From: an uncultured Slackia sp.
GTDB lineage: Bacteria > Actinomycetota > Coriobacteriia > Coriobacteriales > Eggerthellaceae
Direction of reading: 5' to 3'
DNA length: 64,000 nucleotides
Assembly: GCA_934661005.1 (NCBI GenBank)
Contig: CAKUIK010000003.1
Coordinates: 998-64,997, forward strand
The position numbers and the translations under genes are program-made. The notes beneath the pieces were generated by a model. It searched no databases. It saw only the letters and a list, made by a program, of their open reading frames with translations, and had not been told where the DNA came from. Below, piece after piece: positions 53,156-62,864 of the stretch (position 1 is the first letter of the stretch; every line of letters begins with the position of its first letter).

Positions 53156-55399
53156 GTGGTGCGCATGGGGGCGCGGGCTCGAGCGTTCATTCGGCGCGTG
53201 ACCTTGGGTATAATGCGCTCCATGCATGCTTTCTTTACATTACTTGGCGAGTTCATCGCCACTCATCACGCGCGGTTGCGACACTTCGCGAAGGTTGCCT
53301 GCGTTATTTTGCTGTGCGCCGCGGCGCTTGAAGTCGTGGTGTTCAACTTCAACCATTGGCGCAGCCTCACCTGGCAGTCCATCACGGTGAACGAGCAGTC
53401 GAACCTGCAGGAAACCGCCGATGAGCGCCTGCGTATCTCGGCCATCGACAACACCATCGAGTTCGATTACGTCGGCGTGCCCGTGCATAATATCAAGCTC
53501 GATTTCTCGGGGAACCAGTCGGCGCAAAACGTGCCCGTGAAAATCTGGTTCACCGACGACGCGCACTCGACGTATTTCGACGATGACGAATACACGGCAG
53601 GCGTGCCGGTGACGTATGTCTCCACCAACAACGACGAGAGCAAATACCTCAACATCAATGCGTCGGGCTCGGTGTACAAGCTGCGCATTCAGGTGGGCGT
53701 CGACGACGGGGAAACGAAGGTCACCTACCCGCTGTATGTGTCGAAAATCGTGCTCAATGCGCCTGAGCCGTTCCATTTCAGCAATGAGCGCTTTGTGTTC
53801 GCGGCGTGCATCATGGCCCTCATATACGCGTTTCGCCCCAAGTCGAGCCTGTATCGCACGCAGTTGCGCGAGCACCCGCGCCGCACGAAGATCGCCGTCA
53901 TTGGCGTGGCTGCGGTCGAGATTTGGGTGGGCGCGTCGTTTCTGCTGTTCGGCACGAACCTCGTGGGCGTTGCCACACAGCATTACAACTCGGGCTCGTG
54001 GGATGGCGTGAGCGTTATCAACGTGTTCGAATGCGGCGGCGAAAATGCGCAGCAATACGCCGAGCTCGCAAAATCCATGACGCAGGGCAAGCTGTATTTG
54101 GAAGAAGAACCGCCCAACTGGTTGCAGAATATGGACGACCCGTACGATCGCGGCGCCCGTGACCAGCTGGTGAAAGAAACCGGCGAGAACTACTTGTGGG
54201 ATACCGCCTATTACGAGGGCCATTACTACGTGTACTTCGGCGTGGTGCCGGTATTGCTGTTCTACCTGCCGTTCTACCTTGCTACGGGAGCGAATTTCCC
54301 CACGGCGATTGGCGTGCTCATCGGCATGGTGTTTTTCATCGCGGGCCTCTCGGCGCTGCTCGACCGCTTCGCCCGCTACCACTTCAAGCGCATGACGACC
54401 GGCGTGTTCCTGCTACTGCAAATCGCGATTGTGACGTGCTGCGGCATGCCGTATTTGCTGAAGTTCCCCACGTTCTATTCGCTGCCCATTATGCTGGCGC
54501 TCGCGTTTTCGGTATGGGGCTTGTATTTCTGGATGGTGGGCCGCAGCCATAAACGCCCCGAGGGCTTCTATTTGGCGGGCTCGCTTTGCATGGCGCTCGT
54601 GGTGGGGTGCCGCCCGCAGCTCGTGTTGCTGAGCTTCTTGGCGTTTCCGCTGTTCTGGCGCATGTACATCACCGAAGGCCGCATTCGCACCGCGGCGGGC
54701 GCTCGTCAGTTCGCGTGCCTTATCGCACCCTATATCGTGGTGTGCGCGGGCATCATGTGGTACAACAAGGCGCGCTTTGGCAGCCTGTTCGATTTCGGCG
54801 CGAACTACAACCTCACGGTAAACGACATGACGAAGCGCGGCATGGCGGTGGGCCGCATTGCGCCTGCGTTGTTCGCATATTTGTTCCAAACCCCCGCGAC
54901 CACGGGCGTGTTCCCTTATTTGCAGGCCGTCACGTTCGACACCACGTATTTGGGACAAACGGTGAAGGAAGTCACGTTCGGCGGCATTTTCGCCGTGCTT
55001 CCCATTTTGTGGGTGTTGCCGTTTGCCCGCCGCATTCTGCAAATGCGCATTAGCCAGCGCAAGACGCGCACGGTGGCAGGCGTAATCGGCGTGCTCATCG
55101 GCATCGGCGTGCTCATCGCTGTGGCCGATGCGGAAATGGCGGGCATTCTTCAGCGCTACTTCGCCGACTTCAGCATCATGTTCCTTATGGCGGCGGTGTT
55201 GCTGCTGTTCATTGTGAACGAAAACATCGAAAACGGCTCGAAGGCCCACGCGGTGTTCGTGCGCGTGCTGCCGGTTGCGGTTGCGGTTGGCGTGGCCTAT
55301 ACGGTGCTCTTGTGCATTACGGCGGAAACTGGATGGGTTTCGGATGCCTACCCGTGGGCATACCAGGGGTTGTTGGAAACGTTCCAGTTTTGGACGTAA
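53156..55399 (+). CDS. Large polytopic membrane protein with N-terminal extracytoplasmic domain; tentatively a GT-C-fold glycosyltransferase
   Basis: ~747 aa with more than 10 TM helices. WDTAYYEGHYYVYFGVVPVLLFYLP is a PMT/ArnT-like loop region. A GtrA gene follows. The start is uncertain (ATG 53213 is an alternative). Confidence 0.5.
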   Translation: MVRMGARARAFIRRVTLGIMRSMHAFFTLLGEFIATHHARLRHFAKVACVILLCAAALEVVVFNFNHWRSLTWQSITVNEQSNLQETADERLRISAIDNTIEFDYVGVPVHNIKLDFSGNQSAQNVPVKIWFTDDAHSTYFDDDEYTAGVPVTYVSTNNDESKYLNINASGSVYKLRIQVGVDDGETKVTYPLYVSKIVLNAPEPFHFSNERFVFAACIMALIYAFRPKSSLYRTQLREHPRRTKIAVIGVAAVEIWVGASFLLFGTNLVGVATQHYNSGSWDGVSVINVFECGGENAQQYAELAKSMTQGKLYLEEEPPNWLQNMDDPYDRGARDQLVKETGENYLWDTAYYEGHYYVYFGVVPVLLFYLPFYLATGANFPTAIGVLIGMVFFIAGLSALLDRFARYHFKRMTTGVFLLLQIAIVTCCGMPYLLKFPTFYSLPIMLALAFSVWGLYFWMVGRSHKRPEGFYLAGSLCMALVVGCRPQLVLLSFLAFPLFWRMYITEGRIRTAAGARQFACLIAPYIVVCAGIMWYNKARFGSLFDFGANYNLTVNDMTKRGMAVGRIAPALFAYLFQTPATTGVFPYLQAVTFDTTYLGQTVKEVTFGGIFAVLPILWVLPFARRILQMRISQRKTRTVAGVIGVLIGIGVLIAVADAEMAGILQRYFADFSIMFLMAAVLLLFIVNENIENGSKAHAVFVRVLPVAVAVGVAYTVLLCITAETGWVSDAYPWAYQGLLETFQFWT

Positions 55400-55657
55400 A
55401 GGACCTTTCGGAGTCTGGGCGGGTGATATGCTTCTTGCTCAAACGGCCCCGCCTCGCGCAAGCGGTGCATTAGGAGCTGTTTGGCTGCGCGGAACCGTGC
55501 GGAAGCGCGCCATTTGCCCAGACGTTTTGCGATGCTTTATTGAGTGTTTTGCGGAAGGTTCGGTACGCGAGGTGAAGGCCGAACCTGAAATGCGCTGCCG
55601 GATTGCCGCGAAGCGCCGGCGACTGCTGGCGACGGTAGGGCCGGCGGAAGGAGATAT

Positions 55658-56056
55658 ATGCAGAAACTTTTAGCCCAAATTGCAAAATTCGGCGTGGTAG
55701 GCGTTATCGCTTTCGTTATTGACTACGGCTTGCTCGCATTGCTCACCGAGGCGTTCGGCGTGAACTACTTGGTATCGGCCACCATTTCGTTCACGGTGTC
55801 GGTTGTGTTCAACTATGTGGCATCGATGCGCTATGTGTTCACGCACAAAGAAGGCATGAGCCGCCGCCGCGAGTTCATCATTTTCGTGGTGCTTTCGGTG
55901 ATTGGCCTTATCATCAACAACGTGTGCATGTGGGCGGGCGTTGAGCTGCTGCATATTCACTATCTCATTACGAAGATCGGCGCCACGGCAATTGTTATGG
56001 TGTGGAACTTCGTCACGCGCAAGAAATTTCTTGATGCGGGGAATGAAGGAAAGTAA
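55658..56056 (+). CDS. GtrA-family membrane protein (polyprenyl-phosphate-sugar handling)
   Basis: FGVVGVIAFVIDYGLLALLTE...FNYVASMRYVF...VWNFVTRKKFLD, 4 TM. Confidence 0.85.
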   Translation: MQKLLAQIAKFGVVGVIAFVIDYGLLALLTEAFGVNYLVSATISFTVSVVFNYVASMRYVFTHKEGMSRRREFIIFVVLSVIGLIINNVCMWAGVELLHIHYLITKIGATAIVMVWNFVTRKKFLDAGNEGK

Positions 56057-56066
56057 TCAGGCCTGC

Positions 56067-56185
56067 GTTTGGGCGGACGGACATGCGCTTCCGCTTCGGT
56101 CAAGTCCTGGCTCGCACGAACAGCACATTAAGTGCTGTTCGGCTCGTGCGGAATCTATCGGAATCGCACGTCCGGCCGCCCAAAC
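56067..56185. repeat. Nested inverted repeat element between gtrA-like gene and the phosphomutase gene
   Basis: Outer arms GTTTGGGCGGACGGACATGCG and CGCACGTCCGGCCGCCCAAAC (19/21). Inner palindrome around CAGCACATTAAGTGCTG. Confidence 0.5.
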
Positions 56186-56235
56186 GGTTTATCTTTGCAA
56201 GCGAACGAGGCCTTTGGGTGGTTAGGAGATGCAAA

Positions 56236-57945
56236 ATGGAAAATCGCGATGTGTGTGCTGAATTGGAGCGCTGGATTGCCAACGTTTCCGACGCGGAGCT
56301 TTCGGCCGAGCTGGTCGAGATGAAGAAAGCGGCCGATGCGGGCGACGATTCTGCTGCGGTGGACGCATTCTTCCAAGATTTGGCTTTCGGCACGGCGGGT
56401 TTGCGCGGCACGCTGGGCGCCGGCACGAATCGTATGAACATCTATACCGTCGGCCGCGCCACGCAAGGTTTCGCCGACTACCTGAATGCGAATTTTGAGA
56501 ACCCGAGCGTTGCGATTGCGCGCGACTCGCGCAATAAGGGCGAGTTGTTCGTGCAAGTCACGGCTGCCATCTTGGCCGCCAACGGCATCGTGGCGCATGT
56601 GTACCCGAAGATTTCCCCTGTGCCTACGCTTTCGTTCGCCGTGCGTGACCTGGGCTGTTCGGGCGGAATTTGCATGACGGCAAGCCACAACCCGGCTGCC
56701 TACAATGGCTATAAAGCCTACGGCCCCGATGGCTGCCAAATCACGAGCGCGGCTGCGAAAGCCATCTCTGCTTCTATCGCGAACACCGATGCATTCTCGG
56801 GCGTGAAGACGATGGACTTCGATGAAGCCGTGGCGTCGGGCATGGTGAAATGGATCGACGATGCGGTGCTCGAGCGCTATTACGATGCGGTTTTGTCCAA
56901 ATCGGTGAGCAGCCTTTCCGCCGATCAGGTCGCCGAAGCTCCTTTGAAACTCGTATACACGCCGCTCAATGGTACGGGTCTGATTCCTGTGACCACCGTG
57001 CTTGAGCGTGCGGGCATCGCCGATATCACGGTGGTTCCTGAGCAGCGCGAGCCCAATGGCGATTTCCCCACGTGTCCGTATCCGAACCCCGAAATTCGCG
57101 AGGCCATGCAGAAGGGCATCGACCTGTGCGAGGAAGTGCATCCCGACCTGCTGCTCGCGACCGACCCCGATGCCGACCGCGTGGGCGTTGCGTGCAAAGA
57201 CGGCGACGACTATACGCTGCTTACCGGCAACGAAATGGGCGTGCTTCTGCTCGATTACATCGCTCGCATGCGCAGCGAGCGTGGAGAGGATCTCTCCGAT
57301 AAGGTTGCGGTCACGACTATCGTGTCTTCCGCCATGGTTGACGCGCTTGCCTCGGAGTATGGCTTTGAGTTGCGCCGCTGCCTCACGGGCTTCAAATACA
57401 TCGGCGACATCATCACCGAGCTTTCCGATGCTGGCCAAGTTGACCGTTTCATTTTTGGCTTCGAAGAGAGCTATGGCTACCTGTCGGGCGACCATGTGCG
57501 CGACAAAGACGCCGTGAACGCGAGCTTGCTTATTTGCCAAATGGCGCAGGATTACAAGTTGCGCGGCATGAACCTGGCGCAGGCCATGCGTGCGCTCTAC
57601 GAAAAGCATGGCTGGTGGCTCAATCGCACCGCGTCGGTGTCGTTCCCGGGTGCTGCAGGCGCTGAAACCATGCGCGGCATTATGGCGAAGTTGCGCCAGC
57701 AGGCTCCGAGCGAACTTGCCGGTCGCGCGGTTGAAGCTGTGGTCGACTACGAGGGCGGCGTGAATGGCCTGCCTTCGGCGAACGTCGTTGAGTTTGACGT
57801 TGAGGGCGGCAACAAGGTTATTGTGCGCCCGAGCGGCACCGAGCCCAAAATCAAGCTCTACGTGTTCGCGAAAGATGCCGACCGCGCCGCGGCCGACGCG
57901 TTGCTCGATGCCCTTGAGGCCGCGGGCCGCGAATTGCTGAAATAA
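56236..57945 (+). CDS. Phosphoglucomutase/phosphomannomutase family phospho-sugar mutase
   Basis: FGTAGLRG...GGICMTASHNPAAYNGYK (active-site Ser loop)...ATDPDADRVG...GFEESYGY...RPSGTEPKIKLY. Confidence 0.9.
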   Translation: MENRDVCAELERWIANVSDAELSAELVEMKKAADAGDDSAAVDAFFQDLAFGTAGLRGTLGAGTNRMNIYTVGRATQGFADYLNANFENPSVAIARDSRNKGELFVQVTAAILAANGIVAHVYPKISPVPTLSFAVRDLGCSGGICMTASHNPAAYNGYKAYGPDGCQITSAAAKAISASIANTDAFSGVKTMDFDEAVASGMVKWIDDAVLERYYDAVLSKSVSSLSADQVAEAPLKLVYTPLNGTGLIPVTTVLERAGIADITVVPEQREPNGDFPTCPYPNPEIREAMQKGIDLCEEVHPDLLLATDPDADRVGVACKDGDDYTLLTGNEMGVLLLDYIARMRSERGEDLSDKVAVTTIVSSAMVDALASEYGFELRRCLTGFKYIGDIITELSDAGQVDRFIFGFEESYGYLSGDHVRDKDAVNASLLICQMAQDYKLRGMNLAQAMRALYEKHGWWLNRTASVSFPGAAGAETMRGIMAKLRQQAPSELAGRAVEAVVDYEGGVNGLPSANVVEFDVEGGNKVIVRPSGTEPKIKLYVFAKDADRAAADALLDALEAAGRELLK

Positions 57946-58106
57946 AAATTCGTATCGGGTGGCTTTGGGGCCGCCCGTTATGCGTGGGGCATGTGCGGGC
58001 TTCGTGCAAAGGCGGGTTGTTCCAGGCTCCGTTGCAAGGCTCGTTATAATGGGTGTGCCGTGCGTCAATGCGCGGTTTTGGGATTCGCAACAAGGAAGGA
58101 CATCCC

Positions 58107-58556
58107 ATGATTTTCGGAAATATCGAAAGCACCGATTTGTCGACCATCGGCCACGAGGGCGTGCGCCGCGCGATTGAGTGGGCGCGTGAGCACGACCTAG
58201 GCACGTTGCCGTGCGGCCGCAACGATATCGACGGCGATGCGCTGTATGTGAACGTTGCCGAATACGATTCGAAGGCATTCGAAGATTGCAAGTTCGAAGC
58301 GCACAAGCGCTACATCGACGTACAGGTTGTGGCTTCGGGCATTGAACGCATCGACTCCCAGGTGATCGCCAAGTGCGATGCCGGCGAATTCGACGAAGAG
58401 GGCGACTTCATGCTGCTTGAAGGCGAGGCCGCCACGCAGGTGGTTCTTGAGCCCGGCAGCTTCGCGGCGTATTTCCCCGACGATGCCCACAAGCCGGGCA
58501 TTGCCGTCGACGGCGCTTCCCATAACAAGAAGTGCGTCTTCAAGGTTCTGGTGTAG
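58107..58556 (+). CDS. YhcH/YjgK/YiaL family protein (DUF386, beta-sandwich)
   Basis: MIFGNIES...HKRYIDVQVVASGIERI...AYFPDDAHKPG...KKCVFKV. Confidence 0.8.
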   Translation: MIFGNIESTDLSTIGHEGVRRAIEWAREHDLGTLPCGRNDIDGDALYVNVAEYDSKAFEDCKFEAHKRYIDVQVVASGIERIDSQVIAKCDAGEFDEEGDFMLLEGEAATQVVLEPGSFAAYFPDDAHKPGIAVDGASHNKKCVFKVLV

Positions 58557-58657
58557 CGGGGTTCGGGCGTAGGTTAGTATGCTCCAACTATCAGCGGCGC
58601 TCGAACTTAAGAGGCTGGGATTTCAATAAGTAACGGCGGGCGACGCCGGTAACGCTT

Positions 58658-58697
58658 GGGAGCGGCTAGGATTTAATCCAGCCGCTCCTCTTCTTTT
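58658..58697 (+). terminator. Terminator after the YhcH-family gene
   Basis: GGAGCGGCT-aggatttaatcc-AGCCGCTCC followed by TCTTCTTTTCC. Confidence 0.7.
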
Positions 58698-58892
58698 CCG
58701 AGGTTTTTCGCGCTCCCGATACGGCAAGTTGGATGATTCCTGCGAAGAGCGATGGAACGGAGCAAGCTCTTGCAACAAGGGAGGGATATCCATGGAGCCC
58801 TCCCTCGAATCTAAGATTGAAGGCGCCAACCGCCAGACGTTGAAACCTGCTAAATGCTCTGAGCGTTTGGCAGGTTTCGGTTTCTGGGCGTG

Positions 58893-59525
58893 CTATTGAG
58901 AGCGGAAATAGTGCCTTTTCAGAAGCGCCCATACGATGGCAGCTCCAATGGCTGCGGCGCAGGTGTCGACGAGCCAATCCATGGGGTCGCAGCTTCGACT
59001 GGGCGTAAAAATCTGGTGGAACTCGTCGCTTACGCCATAAAGGCTCGAGAAAATGAGCGCGACGAGCGGGGTGGGGAAGTCTCCGAGCATGCCTGCGGGG
59101 TGCGCGACGGCGTTTTTCTCGAACGCGGTCCACGACGTGAAGCGCAGCGCGTTTGCAAGCGCCGCGCCGAGCAGCAAATATTCCGTGAAGTGTCCAACGG
59201 GCGAGACGTCGACCTCGTGGCCGAAGAGCGCCGTAGCGCCCACGGCCAGAAGATTCTTGATGACCGAGATAATGCCCGAGTGGTTATCGAGGTCGTTGCC
59301 CGTTTTCGCGCTCATAAAGAAAATGAAGACGAGCATAATCGCGACGGCGGCCCAGGAAAGAAGCGCGCATGCGCGCCGAGAGGGGCGAGGGCGATTCGAG
59401 GTTTCGCGCCTTTCTCTAAGCGCGGCGTTTTCTGCACCAATGCCGCGCGCATTGTCGATGGCGGGCGCATCTATGTTTTGGGTTGTGGCGTGAGATTGCG
59501 TTTTCATGGTTTGCGATTCTATCAA
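58893..59525 (-). CDS. VanZ-family membrane protein
   Basis: HFTEYLLLGAALANAL...SDEFHQIFTPSRSCDPMDWLVDTCAAAIGA. Confidence 0.8.
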   Translation of the reverse strand: MIESQTMKTQSHATTQNIDAPAIDNARGIGAENAALRERRETSNRPRPSRRACALLSWAAVAIMLVFIFFMSAKTGNDLDNHSGIISVIKNLLAVGATALFGHEVDVSPVGHFTEYLLLGAALANALRFTSWTAFEKNAVAHPAGMLGDFPTPLVALIFSSLYGVSDEFHQIFTPSRSCDPMDWLVDTCAAAIGAAIVWALLKRHYFRSQ

Positions 59526-59620
59526 ATCGGTGGGTTACCGTCGCAACAGCCGCGGTTTTCGATAACATGAATAGGTTACGTTCACGCGTGCGACAGATTC
59601 ATATTCGGAAAGGCGCATCC

Positions 59621-60826
59621 ATGGCCGAAGACCACACGAACCAGCAACCCCAGCAGCCGCCGCAGCCCGCGGCGCCGCAAGGTTTTGACGCGCAGCAAAG
59701 CCAGGCATATGCCCAAGGCCAGGCGCAGCCCTTTACTCAGGCCCAGGCGTATGGCCAGCCTCAGGCGCAGCAGCCGTATGGCCAGCCTGGCGCTCAACAA
59801 TACGCTCAGCCTGGATATGGCCAGCAAGGTTACTCCCAGTCGTACAATGCGCCTGCGTCTCAGCCCGCCTATGCTGCTTCCGTGCCGAAGAAAAAGAACA
59901 TGGCGCCTTGGATCGTGCTCGGTGTGATTCTGTTTGCCGTTGTGTTCTGCTTCACCATTGGGGCAATGTCGTGTTCGAGCGCGGTTCGCTCCCTTTCGGG
60001 CTTTGGTTTGGGCGCCATCGAGGAAGAGTTTACCGACGGGCCTACGGTTGCGGTCATCGACATTTCGGGAACCATCCAATACGACGGCACGGCCTGTTCT
60101 CCCGAAGGTCTTTCGTCGCTTTTAGCTCAGGCGGAAGAAAACGACGATATTCAGGCCGTGGTTTTGCGCGTCGATTCCGGCGGCGGTACGGCAACGGCGG
60201 GCGAGGAAATGGCTGAATACGTGAAGCGTTTCAGCAAGCCCGTGGTGGTGTCGAGCGCGTCGATGAATTGCAGCGCGGCGTATGAGATTTCCAGCCAAGC
60301 CGACTTGATCTACGTGAACAAGACCACCGATATCGGCGCCATTGGCACGGTGATGCAGGTGACCGACCTTTCGGAGCTGCTTGATAAGCTGGGAATCAAG
60401 GTCGACAATATCGCGTCGGCGGAATCGAAAGATTCAAGCTACGGCACGCGTCCTTTGACCGACGAGGAACGCGCCTACTACCAGGAGCTCATCGATGTGA
60501 CGAACGAAGTCTTCGTCGAAAATGTGGCTGAGGGGCGCTCCATGAGCCTCGATGCGGCCCGTGCGCTTGCGACGGGCCTTCCGTTCACCGGCGAGCAGGC
60601 CGTTGAAAATGGCCTTGCCGATGAGGTGGGCGTTTTCGATGACGCAATCGAAGCCGCCGCGCAACTTGCGAACCTCGGCTCAGACTACAATGTGATTACG
60701 CTGACCCAATCGAGCGATTTGGGTTCGCTTATGGATTTGCTTTCCGAAAGCGACAGCGACTCGGCTACGCAGGCCGCAGCCGCGAAACTGATTGAACTTT
60801 TGAAGAACGAGGGGGTTCTTTCGTGA
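59621..60826 (+). CDS. sppA: Signal peptide peptidase SppA (36K type) with Gln/Pro-rich N-terminal tail and one TM
   Basis: VAVIDISGTI...AVVLRVDSGGGTATAGEEM...VVSSASMNCSAAYEIS...ESKDS. Confidence 0.85.
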   Translation: MAEDHTNQQPQQPPQPAAPQGFDAQQSQAYAQGQAQPFTQAQAYGQPQAQQPYGQPGAQQYAQPGYGQQGYSQSYNAPASQPAYAASVPKKKNMAPWIVLGVILFAVVFCFTIGAMSCSSAVRSLSGFGLGAIEEEFTDGPTVAVIDISGTIQYDGTACSPEGLSSLLAQAEENDDIQAVVLRVDSGGGTATAGEEMAEYVKRFSKPVVVSSASMNCSAAYEISSQADLIYVNKTTDIGAIGTVMQVTDLSELLDKLGIKVDNIASAESKDSSYGTRPLTDEERAYYQELIDVTNEVFVENVAEGRSMSLDAARALATGLPFTGEQAVENGLADEVGVFDDAIEAAAQLANLGSDYNVITLTQSSDLGSLMDLLSESDSDSATQAAAAKLIELLKNEGVLS

Positions 60827-62838
60827 GCTACACAAGCGAATTGACCTGGCCTGCGCGCGCGGTTGTGACCGCCGGCATGCCGTATGGCAACAAAAAGCTG
60901 CATTTCGGCCACGTTGCGGGCGTGTTCGTGCCCGCCGATGCCTATGCGCGCTTCCTTCGCGACCGCATTGGCGAGCAGAACGTGCTGTTCGTTTCCGGCA
61001 CCGATTGCTTCGGCTCGCCCATTCAGGAGGGCTACCGCAAAGCTTGCGAGAACGAAGGCTTCGAGGGCACCATCGTCGACTACGTGCAGCGCAACCACGA
61101 TGCGCAGAAGGCGACGCTTGATGCTTATGACATCTCGCTTTCCATCTACGAAGGCTCGGGCATCGGCCGCGCGGGCGAAGTGCACCAGCGCGTGACGAAC
61201 GATTTGCTCGAAAAGCTGCACGAAAACGGCCACTTGCGCCTTATGGAAACGCTGCAGTTCTACGATCCCGAGGCGGGTCAGTTCCTTAACGGCCGCCAGG
61301 TGCACGGCTATTGCCCCGTGCAGGGCTGCAAATCGGAAAAGGCCTATGCCGACGAATGCGACTTGGGTCACCAGTTCGACCCGGCCGATCTTATCAAGCC
61401 CACGTCGTCGCTCACGGGGTGCGTGCCCGAGCTTCGTCCCGTGCGCAACTGGTATTTCGACCTGCCGAATTTCCGCGAGCAGCTTGCCGAGGTCGCCGAA
61501 AACCTTGAGGCCGACCCTGAGGTGCGCCCCGTGGTGTCGCAAACGGCCAAGGAATTCCTCGTGCCGCCCGTCATCTATATCAAAAACGAGCTTGAGGCCG
61601 ATTACCGCGCCATCGAGTCGAAGCTGCCCGCGCACGAGTTCCATGCCGCCGAGGGCAACAAGCAAAGCTTCGAGCTCGAGTTCGCCAACATCGAATCGCG
61701 CGATGCCGCCCGCGACGAGCTCACCGCTGCCGGAATTCGCTTCCGCACGGGCAAGGCGCTTGTGCCGTTCCGCATTTCTGGCAATGTGGAATGGGGCGTG
61801 AAGGTGCCCGAGATGGAGGGCGTGGACGACCTCACGGTGTGGTGTTGGCCCGAAAGCCTGTGGGCGCCTGTGAGCTTCTCGGCCACGGCTCTCGAGGCTC
61901 GCGGCGAAGAGCTGAGCGCGGTGCGCGACTGGTGGTGCAGCCCCGATGCACGCGTGTATCAGTTCATCGGCCAAGACAACCTGTATTTCTACGGCGTTGC
62001 CCAGCCCGCGCTGTGGATGGCGCTCGAGAACGGCAATGCCGAGGCCGCGTATCCGCAGCCGGGCGATTTGCAGCAAACGAGTCTCATCGCGAACCACCAC
62101 ATTCTGTTCGGCAAGGTGAAGGCGTCGTCTTCGGGCGCGGTGAAGCCTCCTTCGGCCGACCAACTGCTCGAGCATTATACGGTTGACCAGCTGCGCGCCC
62201 ACTGGCTTGGCCTGGGCCTTGATGTGAAATCGGTGGGCTTCAAGCCAAAGCCGTTCGAGGCCGACGAGGCGAAGCGCAACGACCCCCGCGTGGCCGACCC
62301 CGTGCTCAAGGAAGGCGCGTTGCTCACGAACGTGTTCAACCGCTTGGCGCGCAGCTGCTTCTACGAGGCGCAGAAGAACTTCGAGGGCTTCATGCCCCTT
62401 GGCGCTCCCGCGGCCGATGTGGTGGCGCGCTGCCATAAGGCGTTGGCGGAATACGAGGCCATCATGCACAAGGCCGAGCTGCATTCGGTTATGACGCTCA
62501 TGGATGACTTCATTCGTTGGGCGCAGAAGCACTGGGCCGACGGCATCAAGGCCGCCGAGGGTGCCGACGATGCCGACATGCGCCGCCAGATTCTGGTCGA
62601 CAGTTTCTTCACGCTGCGCGTCGCCACGCTGCTCATGCACCCTGTGGCACCCGATGGCTGCGAGAAAATCGTGGAGCATTTGGGCCTGCCCGCCGAGCGC
62701 GTGTTCAGCTGGAACGCGCCGTTCGAGGGCATGGCCGAGCTGTGCGACGCCGCCGACGTTGAGGCGGGTCGCCACGCCATCGTGGAGCTTCCGCCGCGCA
62801 CCGACTTCTTCGCGAAGCACGAATCGCAGTTCAAATAA
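60823..62838 (+). CDS. metG: Methionine--tRNA ligase (divergent KMSKS loop)
   Basis: VVTAGMPYGNKKLHFGHVAGVFVPADAYARFLR (HIGH=HFGH). GYCPVQGCKSEKAYADECDLGHQFDPADLIKPTS. WYFDLPNF. K-A-S-S-S at 62119-62133. GTG start overlaps the sppA stop. Confidence 0.85.
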   Translation: MSYTSELTWPARAVVTAGMPYGNKKLHFGHVAGVFVPADAYARFLRDRIGEQNVLFVSGTDCFGSPIQEGYRKACENEGFEGTIVDYVQRNHDAQKATLDAYDISLSIYEGSGIGRAGEVHQRVTNDLLEKLHENGHLRLMETLQFYDPEAGQFLNGRQVHGYCPVQGCKSEKAYADECDLGHQFDPADLIKPTSSLTGCVPELRPVRNWYFDLPNFREQLAEVAENLEADPEVRPVVSQTAKEFLVPPVIYIKNELEADYRAIESKLPAHEFHAAEGNKQSFELEFANIESRDAARDELTAAGIRFRTGKALVPFRISGNVEWGVKVPEMEGVDDLTVWCWPESLWAPVSFSATALEARGEELSAVRDWWCSPDARVYQFIGQDNLYFYGVAQPALWMALENGNAEAAYPQPGDLQQTSLIANHHILFGKVKASSSGAVKPPSADQLLEHYTVDQLRAHWLGLGLDVKSVGFKPKPFEADEAKRNDPRVADPVLKEGALLTNVFNRLARSCFYEAQKNFEGFMPLGAPAADVVARCHKALAEYEAIMHKAELHSVMTLMDDFIRWAQKHWADGIKAAEGADDADMRRQILVDSFFTLRVATLLMHPVAPDGCEKIVEHLGLPAERVFSWNAPFEGMAELCDAADVEAGRHAIVELPPRTDFFAKHESQFK

Positions 62839-62864
62839 AACGTGAGTTGCGGGAAAGGACCCTC

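Noticed and set aside
56155-58278. 707-aa minus-strand ORF, and likewise the 711-aa ORF at 60685-62820
   Set aside because: They are antisense shadows of the phospho-sugar mutase and metG genes respectively. Both are Arg/His/Ala-rich with no domain signatures.
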